A stretch of DNA of 64,000 nucleotides from Hydrurus foetidus (GCA_900617105.1 UYFQ01000001.1:3100001-3164000), one strand, 5' to 3'; positions 50,380 through 60,797 are shown, numbered from the stretch's first letter. The notes: a model not told the origin generated them from the letters alone. Program-made: numbers and translations.

Positions 50380-51612
50380 ATGCACATTACTTCTGGTCAA
50401 CTTGTCAATATTTCAAGCATTTCAATAGCTGTTGCCTGTTTGACGGCGGCTTTCAGTGCGCAAAGCCAAGTGGTGGCGCAGAACTTTCCGATCTTGCCCA
50501 GCCAAAAAGCCACCGCAACCCAAGTCGCGCAAACCGGCGTGCCACTAGCTGAGCTGGCCGCCAACGCGCCAGACAACTACACCGTGAGGAGCGGCGACAC
50601 GCTGTGGGCCATTTCGGGTATGTTCTTGAAAAGCCCGTGGCGCTGGCCCGAGCTGTGGGGCATGAACCTTGAAGACATCCGCAACCCGCACCGTATTTAC
50701 CCCGGTCAGCAGCTGTTTTTAGACAAAAGCAACGACCGCGCCACACTGCGCACCCGCAAAGCCGACGGCCCGCCAACCGACACAATCAAGGTGTCACCGC
50801 GCACCCGTTCAGAGTCGTTGGGCGACACATCGATTCCTACATTGGCAGCCAACCTGATTGAGCCTTTTTTGGCGGAGCCCTTGATTGTTGATTCAGTCGC
50901 TTTTGCAGCTGCACCACGCATTGTGGCCACGCAAGAAGGCCGTGTATTGCTAAGCCGCGGCGACCGCGCCTATGCACGTGGCGAATTCTCAGGCGGCACA
51001 GGCGGCAAAGCTTTAAGCGACGAGCGTGGCCAGCCTCTTGATTACCGCGTGTTTCGTAACGCCACGCCCCTGAAAGACCCCACCACCGGCGCTATTTTGG
51101 GCTATGAAGCGCAATTTGTCGGCAAGACCGAGCTGGTGCGCGGCGAGTCAATGCAAGACGTGCTGAACAAAGACGGCAAAACCACGCGTGAGTTGGTGCC
51201 CGCCACTATCGACATCGTGCTGGCCAAAGAAGAAATGCGCGTTGGCGACCGCTTGGTGTTAGAGCCCGCCCGCGCCTCAGGCAGCTACATGCCGCGCGCA
51301 CCCAGCACGCCGATTGCTGGGCAAATTGTGTCGGTGTACGGCAGCGCCGTGCGGTTTGCTTCTGAAAACCAAGTGGTGGTGGTAAACCGCGGCAGCAAAG
51401 ACGGCCTGGAGCGCGGCCACGTGATGGCGATTTTGAAAGACGGCGAGCGCCTGCGTGACCGCACAGACACTGCGCGCCCCGAAATGAAGCTGCCCAATGA
51501 GCGCAACGGCTTGCTGATGGTGTTTCAAACTTTTGAAAACCTGTCTTACGCGCTGGTGCTGCAAATTACAGACGGCGTGCGGGTTGGCGACCGTTTTGTT
51601 AACCCAAATTAA
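50380..51612 (+). CDS. LysM peptidoglycan-binding protein (TsaP-like)
   Basis: YTVRSGDTLWAIS..FLKSPWRWPELW..N..IRNPHRIYPGQ; def-LysM-dprA synteny. Confidence 0.9.
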   Translation: MHITSGQLVNISSISIAVACLTAAFSAQSQVVAQNFPILPSQKATATQVAQTGVPLAELAANAPDNYTVRSGDTLWAISGMFLKSPWRWPELWGMNLEDIRNPHRIYPGQQLFLDKSNDRATLRTRKADGPPTDTIKVSPRTRSESLGDTSIPTLAANLIEPFLAEPLIVDSVAFAAAPRIVATQEGRVLLSRGDRAYARGEFSGGTGGKALSDERGQPLDYRVFRNATPLKDPTTGAILGYEAQFVGKTELVRGESMQDVLNKDGKTTRELVPATIDIVLAKEEMRVGDRLVLEPARASGSYMPRAPSTPIAGQIVSVYGSAVRFASENQVVVVNRGSKDGLERGHVMAILKDGERLRDRTDTARPEMKLPNERNGLLMVFQTFENLSYALVLQITDGVRVGDRFVNPN

Positions 51613-51638
51613 GCCGTATCTCGCCACTGCCAGGACCC

Positions 51639-52793
51639 GTGGAGCGCGCTGAACTCAATGCCTGGCTGCGGCTAACGCTGGCGCCCGGCATTGGCAACAC
51701 CACCGCGCGCAAGCTGCTGGCGGCTTTCGGCTCGCCAGAAGCCATCTTCACCCAAACAGATGTTGCCTTGCGCCAGCTAGGCAACAGCAAATTAGTCACG
51801 GCTGTTCGGCATCAGTCAGAAGGTTTGCCCGCCCTGCTAGACAGTACGCTGGCCTGGCTAGCCGGCGGCAACGACCGCGCCATTGCGGCGCTGGGCGATG
51901 TGGCTTACCCGGCTGGCCTGCTCAACATTGAAGACCCCCCTTTGATGCTGTATATGCTCTCAAGCCAATTGTTACTGTCGCAAGCAGCTACAAATAACGT
52001 AGCAAATAATCTGGCAATAGTGGGCAGTCGCAACCCCACGCCGCAAGGGGAGGGCAACGCCCGGCAGTTTGCCAAAGCGTTTGCAGCGCAAGGGCTGTGC
52101 ATTGTGTCCGGTATGGCGCTGGGGGTGGATGGTGCGGCGCACGACGGCGCTTTGCTGGGCGCCCTCGAAGGCAGTTGCGCAACGATTGCAGTGGTGGGCA
52201 CCGGGCTTGACCGCGTTTACCCCAAAAAGCATTTGGCGCTGGCCCACCGCATCGTGGCGCAGGGCATGATCATCAGCGAATTCCCCATCGGCACGCCTCC
52301 GCTGACGGCCAATTTCCCCAAGCGCAACCGCATCATTTCGGGGCTGTCGCAAGGCACGCTGGTGGTGGAAGCAGCGTTAAAGTCGGGCTCGCTCATCACC
52401 GCACGCTTGGCCAGCGAGCAGGGCAAAGACGTGTTTGCCATTCCTGGCTCCATTCATTCACCGCAATCGCGCGGCTGCCACTACCTGATCAAGCAAGGCG
52501 CCAAACTGGTCGAAAATGCCGAGGACGTGATGGAGGAACTGCACGTTGCGTACCCGCAGACATCGGTAAGCGAAAGCGTTGAAGCAAATGGCGATGACGA
52601 GGCTGACTCAGCAGAAGGCCATGAATCAGCCTTGTTGACTGCGTTGGGTTTTGATATCGTCAGCCTTGACGCACTACAAGCCCGCACCGGGCTGCCCACG
52701 CCCGACCTGCAAGCCCAGCTGCTTGAGCTGGAGCTTTACGGCCTGGTTACGCGGCTACCCGGTGGGCTGTTTCAGCGCGTGAACCAGGCTTGA
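51639..52793 (+). CDS. dprA: DNA-processing protein DprA
   Basis: AIVGSRNPT, VSGMALGVDGAAH, NFPKRNRIISGLS, VVEAALKSGSLITA. Confidence 0.97.
   Translation: MERAELNAWLRLTLAPGIGNTTARKLLAAFGSPEAIFTQTDVALRQLGNSKLVTAVRHQSEGLPALLDSTLAWLAGGNDRAIAALGDVAYPAGLLNIEDPPLMLYMLSSQLLLSQAATNNVANNLAIVGSRNPTPQGEGNARQFAKAFAAQGLCIVSGMALGVDGAAHDGALLGALEGSCATIAVVGTGLDRVYPKKHLALAHRIVAQGMIISEFPIGTPPLTANFPKRNRIISGLSQGTLVVEAALKSGSLITARLASEQGKDVFAIPGSIHSPQSRGCHYLIKQGAKLVENAEDVMEELHVAYPQTSVSESVEANGDDEADSAEGHESALLTALGFDIVSLDALQARTGLPTPDLQAQLLELELYGLVTRLPGGLFQRVNQA
51941..52004 (-). repeat. Family A motif inside dprA (antisense orientation)
   Basis: rc TGCTACGTTATTTGTAGCTGCTTGCGACAGTAACAATTGGCTTGAGAGC; encodes MLYMLSSQLLLSQAATNNVA. 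Confidence 0.8.
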
Positions 52794-55700
52794 TGGCGGC
52801 GTAGTCTTTCATTAACCCAGCCCACTGCAAACGCGCAGTTTTCACATCGCGCTCTTTCACGTGGCCGTAGCCTTTGATGAGTTCCGGGATGCGAGCCACT
52901 TCAACTGCGGTGGCGTGGTTATCAAGGCTCAATGACTTCAGTAGCGTGTCAATAGAGCTGGTGTATTCGCCAATCAACGCGCGCTCCATCTTGCGCTCGT
53001 CAGTTTTTCCGAACACATCGAACGCTCCGCCGCGCAAGCCTTTGAGCTTGGCCAGCACTTTAAAGCCAGTCAACATCCACGGGCCAAACTGACGTTTTTG
53101 CAGCTCGCCTTTTTCGTTTTTCTTTGAGATTACCGGCGGCGCCAGGTTGTAGTTGAGTTTGAAGTCGCCTTCAAACATGGCGTTGACTTTGTTCAAAAAC
53201 GCCATGTCGGTGTGCAGGCGAGCTACTTCGTACTCGTCTTTGTAAGCCATCAGTTTGAACAAGTAACGCGCTACGTTTTGGGTCAGCAGTGTCTTGCCAA
53301 TGGTTGCTTCTGCACGTTCAACTTTGCGTACAAACGCCTCATACGTTTTAGCGTAGTCAACGTTTTGGTAGGCCGTCAAAAACTCAACCCGCTTGGCAAC
53401 GAGTGCGTCCACGCTGTCACGAGCTAGTCTCGATTCGGGCATGGCAATCACTTGCGCAGGTGCAAACAGCTTTTCAACAGACAGTAAATCGTGCGCCGCG
53501 CGGCGGCCCCACGCAAAAGCGGTTTTGTTGTTGTCAATCGCCACGGCATTGAGCTCAATCGCGCGAGTCAGCGACTCCAGGCTGAGGGGTATCCAGCCCT
53601 TTTGCCACGCGTAGCCCAGCAGCATCGGGTTGGTGTAAATACTGTCGCCCATCAACTTGGTGGCCGCCAAGTCGGCGTTAAAAGTGCCGACGTTCTCCGC
53701 TCCCACTGCTTTGGCAATTTCAATTTGGCAAGCGCCGCCCGGGTTTTGCCATGCGCCGTTGTGAACGAACGATGCGGTAGGTGCGCTGTGAGCGTTAAGT
53801 GCCACATGCGTTCTGCCAGCCAGCATGCGCAGCATGGTTTCTTTGTTGGCGGTTACTATCGGGTCGCAGCCAATGATCAAGTCTGCACTGGCCGTGCCGA
53901 CACGCGTGGTGCAAATATCGCCGGGCCGCTGGCTGATCAGCACATGGCTCCACGTGCTGCCGCCTTTTTGCGCCAAGCCTGCCGCGTCTTGCGTGACGAT
54001 GCCTTTGCCTTCAATGTGCGCCGCCATGCCCAGCAACTGGCCGATGGTGATGACGCCGGTGCCGCCTACGCCCGCCACCACAATGCCCCATACCGGGTGC
54101 TTAGCGTTGAGCGCTGGAATCATCGGCTCTGGCATTTCACCGAGGGCAAACGGATTGGCTTTGGCGTCTGCCTTCGATTTCTTCTTCAGCTGCCCGCCCT
54201 CAACGGTGATGAAGCTGGGGCAAAACCCTTTCACGCACGAATAATCCTTGTTGCAGGTGCTCTGGTTAATTTGCCGCTTGCGACCAAACTCGGTCTCCAG
54301 TGGCTCCACGCTCATGCAGTTGGACTGCACACCGCAGTCCCCGCAGCCTTCACACACCAGCTCGTTAATCACAATGCGCTTGGCCGGGTCAACCAGCGTG
54401 CCGCGTTTGCGGCGGCGGCGCTTTTCAGTGGCGCAAGTTTGGTCGTAAATGATGACGGTTGTGCCCAAGATGGCCCTGAACTGTTTTTGCAACATGTCCA
54501 GCTCGTCTCGGTGGTGAACCGTCACACCTTCAGCCAACGCAACGCCGTCGTACTTTTCAGGCTCGTCAGTCACTACTATGGTTTTCATAGCACCTTCCGC
54601 CCGCATCGATTGGGCTATCTGCACAACTGAATGCCCTTCAGCGCGTTCACCAATCTGCTGCCCGCCTGTCATGGCAACAGCGTCGTTGTACAAAATTTTG
54701 TAGGTGATGTTTACGCCAGCAGCAATCGACTGGCGAATGGCCAACAGCCCGCTGTGAAAGTACGTGCCGTCGCCCAGGTTGGCAAAAATGTGTGTGTCTG
54801 TCGTAAACGGTTGCTGGCCCACCCACGGCACGCCCTCGCCGCCCATCTGGGTAAAGCCCATCGTGCTGCGGTCCATCCACAGCGTCATGTAGTGGCAGCC
54901 AATGCCCGCCATCGCGCGCGAGCCTTCGGGCACTTTGGTCGATGTGTTGTGCGGGCAGCCGGAGCAAAACCACGGCGTGCGCTCGCTGTCGACCGTTAAT
55001 ACAGTCAATGATTGTTCTTTGGCTTGCAGCACGGCCAGGCGTGCGTCGATACGGGCAGTCATGTCGGCGTCAAGACCCAACTTTTTGACCCGCTCGGCAA
55101 TCGCTTTGGCAATCAATGCAGGAGACAAATCAGCGTTAGCGCGTAGCAGCGTGTTGGCCGATGGGTTTGGTCTGCTCCACTCACCACCGCCGCCCGGCCC
55201 CGCATCACCAAACTTACCGACAATATTTGGCCGCACATCAGCGCGCCAGTTGTACAGCTCTTCTTTCAGTTGGTATTCAATGACCTGGCGCTTTTCTTCA
55301 ATCACCAAAATCTCTTGCAGGCCGGTTGCAAATTCACGCGTGAGTTGTGCTTCAAGCGGCCACACCACGCCGACCTTGTGCAGCCGAATACCGAGCTGCT
55401 GGCAAGTTGCGTCGTCTAAACCTAAATCCATCAAGGCTTGCCTCGTATCGTTGTACGCCTTGCCACTGGCAATCATGCCAAAACGGTCCTGCTTGCCTTT
55501 AATGGCGTTGTAGTTCAAACGATTGGCGCGAATGTAGGCCAGCGCTGCGTACCACTTGGTGTCGAACAGGCGCTCTTCTTGCGCCAGCGGCGCGTCGGGC
55601 CAGCGAATGTGCACGCCGCCGGGCGGCATGTCAAAGTCGGTCGGCATTTTGATCTGCACGCGCTCGGGGTCAATCATGGCGCTGGCGGACGATTCCACAA

Positions 55701-56349
55701 TTTCCTGAATCGTCTTCATGCCGGCCCACACGCCTGAGTAACGGCTGAGTGCAATCGCGTGCAGGCCCAGGTCCAGGATTTCCTGCACGCTGGCCGGGAA
55801 AAACACCGGCAGCCCGCAGGCTTTAAAAATATGATCGCTCTGGTGCGCAGCGGTTGAACTTTTTGAAATGTGGTCGTCACCCGCAATCGCCAGCGCACCG
55901 CCCCAAGCCGTGGTGCCCGCCATGTTGGCATGCTTGAACACATCGCTGGTACGGTCAACGCCCGGCCCCTTGCCATACCAAATGCCAAACACGCCATCAA
56001 ACTTATTCGTGCCCGGTGGCGCAAAGCCGAGTTGCTGTGTACCCCACACGGCGGTCGCAGCGAGTTCTTCATTCACACCGGGTTGAAAAACGATGTTGCG
56101 TTCTTTCAGGTACTTGGCCGCCTTGACCAGCGCCTGGTCATACCCACCGAGCGGCGAGCCGCGATAGCCAGAAATAAAGCCCGCTGTGTTTTTGCCCTGC
56201 GCCTTGTCGCGCAGCTGCTGCAACATGGGCAACTTGACGAGGGCCTGCACGCCGCTCATGAAGGCGTGGCCGTAGTCCAGCGAATATTTGTCATCAAGCG
56301 TGACAGTTTCCAATGCTTTGCGGATGTGCTCGGGCAGCGGTGCGTTCAT
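52747..56349 (-). CDS. Indolepyruvate ferredoxin oxidoreductase family (fused single chain)
   Basis: SGYRGSPLGG, FCSGCPHN, NLGDGTYFHSG, CEGCGDC, AGVGGTGV; 1200 aa. Confidence 0.93.
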   Translation of the reverse strand: MNAPLPEHIRKALETVTLDDKYSLDYGHAFMSGVQALVKLPMLQQLRDKAQGKNTAGFISGYRGSPLGGYDQALVKAAKYLKERNIVFQPGVNEELAATAVWGTQQLGFAPPGTNKFDGVFGIWYGKGPGVDRTSDVFKHANMAGTTAWGGALAIAGDDHISKSSTAAHQSDHIFKACGLPVFFPASVQEILDLGLHAIALSRYSGVWAGMKTIQEIVESSASAMIDPERVQIKMPTDFDMPPGGVHIRWPDAPLAQEERLFDTKWYAALAYIRANRLNYNAIKGKQDRFGMIASGKAYNDTRQALMDLGLDDATCQQLGIRLHKVGVVWPLEAQLTREFATGLQEILVIEEKRQVIEYQLKEELYNWRADVRPNIVGKFGDAGPGGGGEWSRPNPSANTLLRANADLSPALIAKAIAERVKKLGLDADMTARIDARLAVLQAKEQSLTVLTVDSERTPWFCSGCPHNTSTKVPEGSRAMAGIGCHYMTLWMDRSTMGFTQMGGEGVPWVGQQPFTTDTHIFANLGDGTYFHSGLLAIRQSIAAGVNITYKILYNDAVAMTGGQQIGERAEGHSVVQIAQSMRAEGAMKTIVVTDEPEKYDGVALAEGVTVHHRDELDMLQKQFRAILGTTVIIYDQTCATEKRRRRKRGTLVDPAKRIVINELVCEGCGDCGVQSNCMSVEPLETEFGRKRQINQSTCNKDYSCVKGFCPSFITVEGGQLKKKSKADAKANPFALGEMPEPMIPALNAKHPVWGIVVAGVGGTGVITIGQLLGMAAHIEGKGIVTQDAAGLAQKGGSTWSHVLISQRPGDICTTRVGTASADLIIGCDPIVTANKETMLRMLAGRTHVALNAHSAPTASFVHNGAWQNPGGACQIEIAKAVGAENVGTFNADLAATKLMGDSIYTNPMLLGYAWQKGWIPLSLESLTRAIELNAVAIDNNKTAFAWGRRAAHDLLSVEKLFAPAQVIAMPESRLARDSVDALVAKRVEFLTAYQNVDYAKTYEAFVRKVERAEATIGKTLLTQNVARYLFKLMAYKDEYEVARLHTDMAFLNKVNAMFEGDFKLNYNLAPPVISKKNEKGELQKRQFGPWMLTGFKVLAKLKGLRGGAFDVFGKTDERKMERALIGEYTSSIDTLLKSLSLDNHATAVEVARIPELIKGYGHVKERDVKTARLQWAGLMKDYAAIKPGSRAETAHRVAA

Positions 56350-56476
56350 GGTGTTGTCTCCATACGTGGGGTACTTTTAATAAAGCAAAGTGTATGCCGA
56401 TAGCGCAGATAAGTCTTTGCGTTGTATGCCCCAATACGCCTTGTTCACGCAAGAATCTTGCTGCAAAATGCCGAAT

Positions 56477-56956
56477 ATGGAAACACTCGATAAGTTTGAC
56501 GTCGCCATTTTGGTGCAACTACAACTTGACGCCCGCCAAACCAACGCCGAGCTGGCCAGCCGGGTCGGCCTGTCAGCCGCGCCCTGCTGGCGACGTGTGC
56601 GCGCGCTTGAAGAAGCCGGTTTTATCACCGGCTACCGCGCAGAAATTAATCGCCACAAAATCGGCTTGGGCGTGCTCGCCTTTGTGCGGCTAGACGCCGA
56701 CCGCAACAACGCCGATGCAACAACTAAGCTGGAAGAAGCGATTAAAAAACTGCCAGAGGTAGTCTCCTGCCATTACATCAGCGGCGCAGGCACGTTCGAG
56801 CTGCAAGTCGTGGCCCAAGACCTGGAAACCTTCAGCCAGTTTGCGCTGAAAAAGCTCATGAACCTGCCGAACGTCAAAGACATTCACACGAGTTTTTCGC
56901 TAGGGGAAGTCAAGGCCAGCAGCGCGCTGCCGTTGGGGCATTTGGGGCGTATGTGA
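56477..56956 (+). CDS. Lrp/AsnC-family regulator
   Basis: LDKFD.AIL..LQ.DAR.TNAELA.RVGLSAAPCWRRVR.LE. Confidence 0.95.
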   Translation: METLDKFDVAILVQLQLDARQTNAELASRVGLSAAPCWRRVRALEEAGFITGYRAEINRHKIGLGVLAFVRLDADRNNADATTKLEEAIKKLPEVVSCHYISGAGTFELQVVAQDLETFSQFALKKLMNLPNVKDIHTSFSLGEVKASSALPLGHLGRM

Positions 56957-56979
56957 GCCATGTAAACCGCTCGTTGCGC

Positions 56980-57303
56980 CTAAACGAAATCAAGTTTGAC
57001 CAGCTGCCCGATTTTTAAATTCAGCAGCGTGGCCAGCAATTGAGGCGCAAACCGTTGTGCGATTTCGACCCGGTTGTTGGGCGCAATAAGGACGATAACA
57101 GCGACAGGTAATTTATCGTTTTGTTGGTACGGCAAGTTTTGATCAAACGTGATCAGCACCTCGAAACCAGCATCCAGCATGGCTTGCATTAGCTTGCCAT
57201 TTGAAAGTGTCGAGAATCCCTGTGACTGAGTCGTTCGTACGTGATGCCCTGCGAGACTAAAACCCAAAGTGCGGGGCACTGACTCGTCCAGCAGCACTTT
57301 CAT
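56980..57303 (-). CDS. DUF5615 PIN-like (VapC45-type) toxin
   Basis: MKVLLDESVP, LSNG.L, VLITFDQNLPYQQN. Confidence 0.82.
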   Translation of the reverse strand: MKVLLDESVPRTLGFSLAGHHVRTTQSQGFSTLSNGKLMQAMLDAGFEVLITFDQNLPYQQNDKLPVAVIVLIAPNNRVEIAQRFAPQLLATLLNLKIGQLVKLDFV

Positions 57304-57307
57304 GAGG

Positions 57308-57523
57308 TCAAACTGACTGGGCGGCCAAAACAGCGTGGCGACTGTCTTCCAAAAGTTGAACGGCCGCTTCGCGGGTGACAGACGGAAACTGGTCCAAAAA
57401 CTCTTCCAAATCGTCACCTGCTTCCAAGTAGTCAAACAAGGATTTGATCGGCACGCGAGTGCCAACAAAACAGGGTGTGCCGCCAAGGGTGTCTGGCTTG
57501 ATGCTGATGATTTTGCTGTGCAT
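57308..57523 (-). CDS. DUF433 antitoxin
   Basis: PDTLGGTPCFVGTRVPI..LFDYLEAG..LEEFLDQFPSV. Confidence 0.9.
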   Translation of the reverse strand: MHSKIISIKPDTLGGTPCFVGTRVPIKSLFDYLEAGDDLEEFLDQFPSVTREAAVQLLEDSRHAVLAAQSV

Positions 57524-57667
57524 TGAAATCTCCAATGGGGCCTTGGGTTAACCAATGTTAACTCGGCGCTGCCCAACGGAATATTGCGCAAAAAAACTAG
57601 GCATCGCCCGCATAGTTTGGTGTGCACTTCATCGCCTCATTCGACTAGCACCGTGGTTTAATTGAAT

Positions 57668-57729
57668 TACGTGCCCTACATTCCAAGCGAGATTACTTGC
57701 AAAAAGGTAAGCCCCATGTCCAATCTTGA
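57668..57729 (+). pseudogene. Short remnant of the toxin gene (BrnT-like) partnering the downstream antitoxin
   Basis: VPY-IPS, then shifted RDYLQKGKPHVQS* overlapping the antitoxin ATG; resembles the recalled toxin C-terminus IPSRKATRDYL. Confidence 0.45.
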
Positions 57730-58000
57730 CACCTACGAATTAGAAGTTCTGACTGCTTTCGGAAGCGGGCAGCTCAAGTCTATTGCCACCAAAAGTGAAA
57801 TAGATGCTTTAAAAGCGGCTGCCAGAGCGACATCCACCAAAGACAAAAGGGTGAACATTCGCCTGTCCTCGTTTGACCTGAGCGACATCCAGGTCAAGGC
57901 GATGGAAGAAGGCGTGCCCTATCAAACACTGATCGCCAGTGTTTCGCATAAGTATGTCAACGGCCATTTGTCTGAGCGGGTTCGGTCTGAGAAGCGTTGA
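57716..58000 (+). CDS. CopG/BrnA-like RHH antitoxin (orphan)
   Basis: LD.YE.E.L.AF..G.LKS, KDKRVNIRLS..DL..IQ.KA.EEG.PYQTLIASV.HKY. Confidence 0.82.
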   Translation: MSNLDTYELEVLTAFGSGQLKSIATKSEIDALKAAARATSTKDKRVNIRLSSFDLSDIQVKAMEEGVPYQTLIASVSHKYVNGHLSERVRSEKR

Positions 58001-58098
58001 ATTTATTTGGAGTCTAAGTAAATCCGATCTATCCATTGCAAGAACTAAAAACGAACCGCCAACCCCTCGCGCAGCTAACATTTCCCAGCGACAAAGGC

Positions 58099-58150
58099 GC
58101 TATATTTTCAAGAGCTGCTCGCGCCCGATTCGACTAGCTAAAACAAGCTT
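58099..58150 (+). repeat. Family A motif (degenerate tail)
   Basis: GCTATATTTTCAAGAGCTGCTCGCGCCCGATTCGACTAGC. Confidence 0.8.
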
Positions 58151-58191
58151 CGGATACTCAACACAAGCCATTTCAAGCCCCCACCCAACGA

Positions 58192-58226
58192 ACAAAGCCC
58201 CAAGCCAATCAGCCAGGGGCTTTTGT
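58192..58226. terminator. Intrinsic terminator downstream of the minus-strand phoX
   Basis: ACAAAGCCCC...GGGGCTTTTGT. Confidence 0.6.
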
Positions 58227-58249
58227 CATGTTGGCTTCAAACCGAAAAG

Positions 58250-60560
58250 CTAGGACCCAATCACCCCACCATCATTCTTGGTGATCACAATAGTCGCCGA
58301 CCTCGGCCGGGCTGTCGTTGCGCCGCCTGCGCCGTAGCCTTCGTTGGCGGGCCAGTGGCTGACGTATTTTGATGGGGTGCCAATGTCGGCTTTCAAAATG
58401 CTTTCGCCTGGGTGCTGAATGTTGATGAACAGGGTTTTGCCGTCAGCGGTTTCGCAGCAGCCGGTGATTTCGCAGTCGACCGGGCCGACCAGAAAGCGGC
58501 GCAGGTTGGCGGCTGTAGGCTTGGCGCCCATGCGGGTTTGCACCGTTAATGTGCTGCCGTCGCCTTTGGTGTAAGTCAGCGTGGGCGTGGTGCCGTCGCC
58601 GACTTGGCCGGGCGCGCCAATCAGCATCATGCAGTTGGTTTTGTCGGTGTAGGCGCCGTCGTCGGTTTGAATAAAGCACAGGCCGGTTTTGGCGCTGAAC
58701 CACAAGCCGTCGGGGCTAAAAAAAGTTTTGGTCGTCTGTGAGTGACGACAAGTTGATGTTGGCGCCCGCATCTGCCTGCGCGCCAAACAGGTACACGTCC
58801 CACGTGAAGGTGGTGGCCGCTGAGTTGTCGGCTGTTTCGCGCATGCGCAAAATGTGGCCGTTGACGTTGCCTGCCGAGCCTGGCGCGCCGCCTGCAAATG
58901 AGTCGGAATACGAGCGCGGGTTGGCTGCGTCCAACCCGGCCTGACCGCTTGCCGGCTCTACCTTGCGGGTGGAATTGTTGGTTAGTGTGTAGTAAATTTC
59001 GCCGTTTTTCGGGTTCACGGCGCACCACTCGGGACGGTCCATTTTGGTGGCGCCCACCGCGTCTGCCGCCAGGCGTGAATTCATGGCCACGTCGCCGTTG
59101 TCTGCAAAGGCATAAGTTGCATAGCCCGCCACGGTGGGGTTGGCCATGCTCAGCTCAATCCATTGGCCGGTGCCATCGGCGTTGAACTTGGCGACATACG
59201 GCTTGCCGTCGTCAAGGTATTTGTCGCCAGTGGTGATGCGGTTGGCGGGCGATGCATCTGCCGCAGCCCAGTTGGCGGCGGAGACAAACTTGTAGATGTA
59301 TTCGCGCCGCGAGTCGTCACCCATGTACACGGCCAGCGGCTTGCCCACTGCAGGAATGCCAAACACACCGCTTTCGTGCGCAAAGCGGCCCAGCGACGTG
59401 CGTTTGCGAATGGCCACGGCTTCGTCGTAGGGGTCAATTTCAACCATGTAGCCGAAGGTGTTCAGCTCGTTGCGGTAGTCGTCGGTGCCATCCGTTGACG
59501 TGCCCTTTTGGCTGATGTCCCAACGCGCGTATTTGTCGTCTGTGCCGCCGTTTTGCCAGCCGTGGCGGCTAGAGCCGGGCGCTTTGCCATAGCGTGCCAA
59601 CGACACGTTGGCTTTAGTGGTGGCGGTGCCGCGTGTGGCCACGTCTGTTGCGGCTCGAAAGAAGTAACCCGCCCAATTTTCTTCGCCAGTCAAATACGTG
59701 CCCCACGGGGTATAGCCAGTGCCGCAGTTATTAAGCGTGCCGCGCGCGTCAACGCCGGTGGTTGAAAACTTGATCTTAAGCAACGCATTGCCGCTTGCAA
59801 CGCCGTTCAGCTTGACGGGCGTAAGCGGCGTGATGCGGCGATTGAAGCTGGAGGCTTTTTGCACCGCAAATTGCCCCGACACCTTACGCACTTCAATGAT
59901 GCTGACGCCGTGAATCGGCACTTCTTTGTCGACCTCGGCTGCAGGGCGGGGCAGTGTGTTGGTGCCGCCGTCAGCATGCAAATACGTGGAGGCAATATCG
60001 TCGCCGCCATTTGAGGTGGCCTCATGATTGATAGCCAATATGCCGCGGTCGCTGCTGTTGGCGTCGCGGCCAGTACTGGCGGCGTTCAGTCCGAAAAATT
60101 CCATGCCGTCGTGGTGGTCACCCGAGCGGTTGTCAAAATCAAGATCGGTGCCATCGTTTTTGTAGTCTGCTGTTGCGGCCGCAATCGGGTCGCCGAGTGC
60201 AAACAGGGGCTTGGCGGTGTAGCCGCTGGCAATGGTGACTTTGTCGGCCAGCGATTTCGCGACAGCTGTGAATCCGAGGGAAGCACCTGCGGTAGGGGGA
60301 GCGGGCGTCGGCGCAGGCACTGTGGGTATTGACGCAGCAGGTGCCGAATCGCCGCTGCCGCCGCCACACGCGGCCAAACTCAGCGTACCCAACACAGCTG
60401 TGCCGGCGGTTCCCATCGCCGTGCGCAGCGCCCCGCGGCGGCTCATGCGCAGCTCAATGATGTCATTCAGACTGGGGTTGTCATTAGGGTCGCAGTCTTC
60501 AGCGTCAAGTGCGCTCAGGGCGTTTTCTTCCGCGCGGCTGATTTGAAGGCGAGTATTCAT
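58250..60560 (-). pseudogene. phoX: PhoX-family alkaline phosphatase, frameshifted at a T7 run (58718-58724)
   Basis: Tat SRR, LAAC, GDHHDGM, NNCGTGYTPWGTYLTGEEN, MDRPEW; the C-terminus (SPDGL, QTDD, NIQHPGE) is in the +1 frame. Confidence 0.88.
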
Positions 60561-60632
60561 TGAAGGTGTCCTTTCTCGCGGTTATGGGGTTGGTAAATAG
60601 GCAAGTAGCACCGCAAAGATTAAAAACCGCGC

Positions 60633-60649
60633 ATGACAAAGGCGTTGCA
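60633..60649 (-). promoter_or_regulatory. Putative Pho box for the minus-strand phoX
   Basis: rc TGCAAC-GCCTT-TGTCAT, half-sites 11 bp apart. Confidence 0.45.
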
Positions 60650-60780
60650 ATCGTCCACCAGCCGGCTGCAAAGTTGTTACTGAATTTGTCGCGACAAAGG
60701 CTGCGCAAGCGCGAACTGCCAGGGCGTGCAGTAAGCCTTCAGCGAGCGTAAGACCCTTTGACGAAGAAGCAACGACTTGC

Positions 60781-60797
60781 TTTCACGAATTCGTCAC
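60781..60797 (+). promoter_or_regulatory. Putative Pho box for the plus-strand phoX
   Basis: TTTCAC-GAATT-CGTCAC, half-sites 11 bp apart. Confidence 0.5.

Noticed and set aside
50415..50455. ATAGCTGTTGCC in the LysM signal peptide as a family A copy
   Set aside because: Too short, and it lacks the left palindrome arm and the tail.
53491..54630. Long antisense ORFs such as 53491-54630 and 6538-7581
   Set aside because: Shadow frames of high-GC genes with no recognisable motifs.
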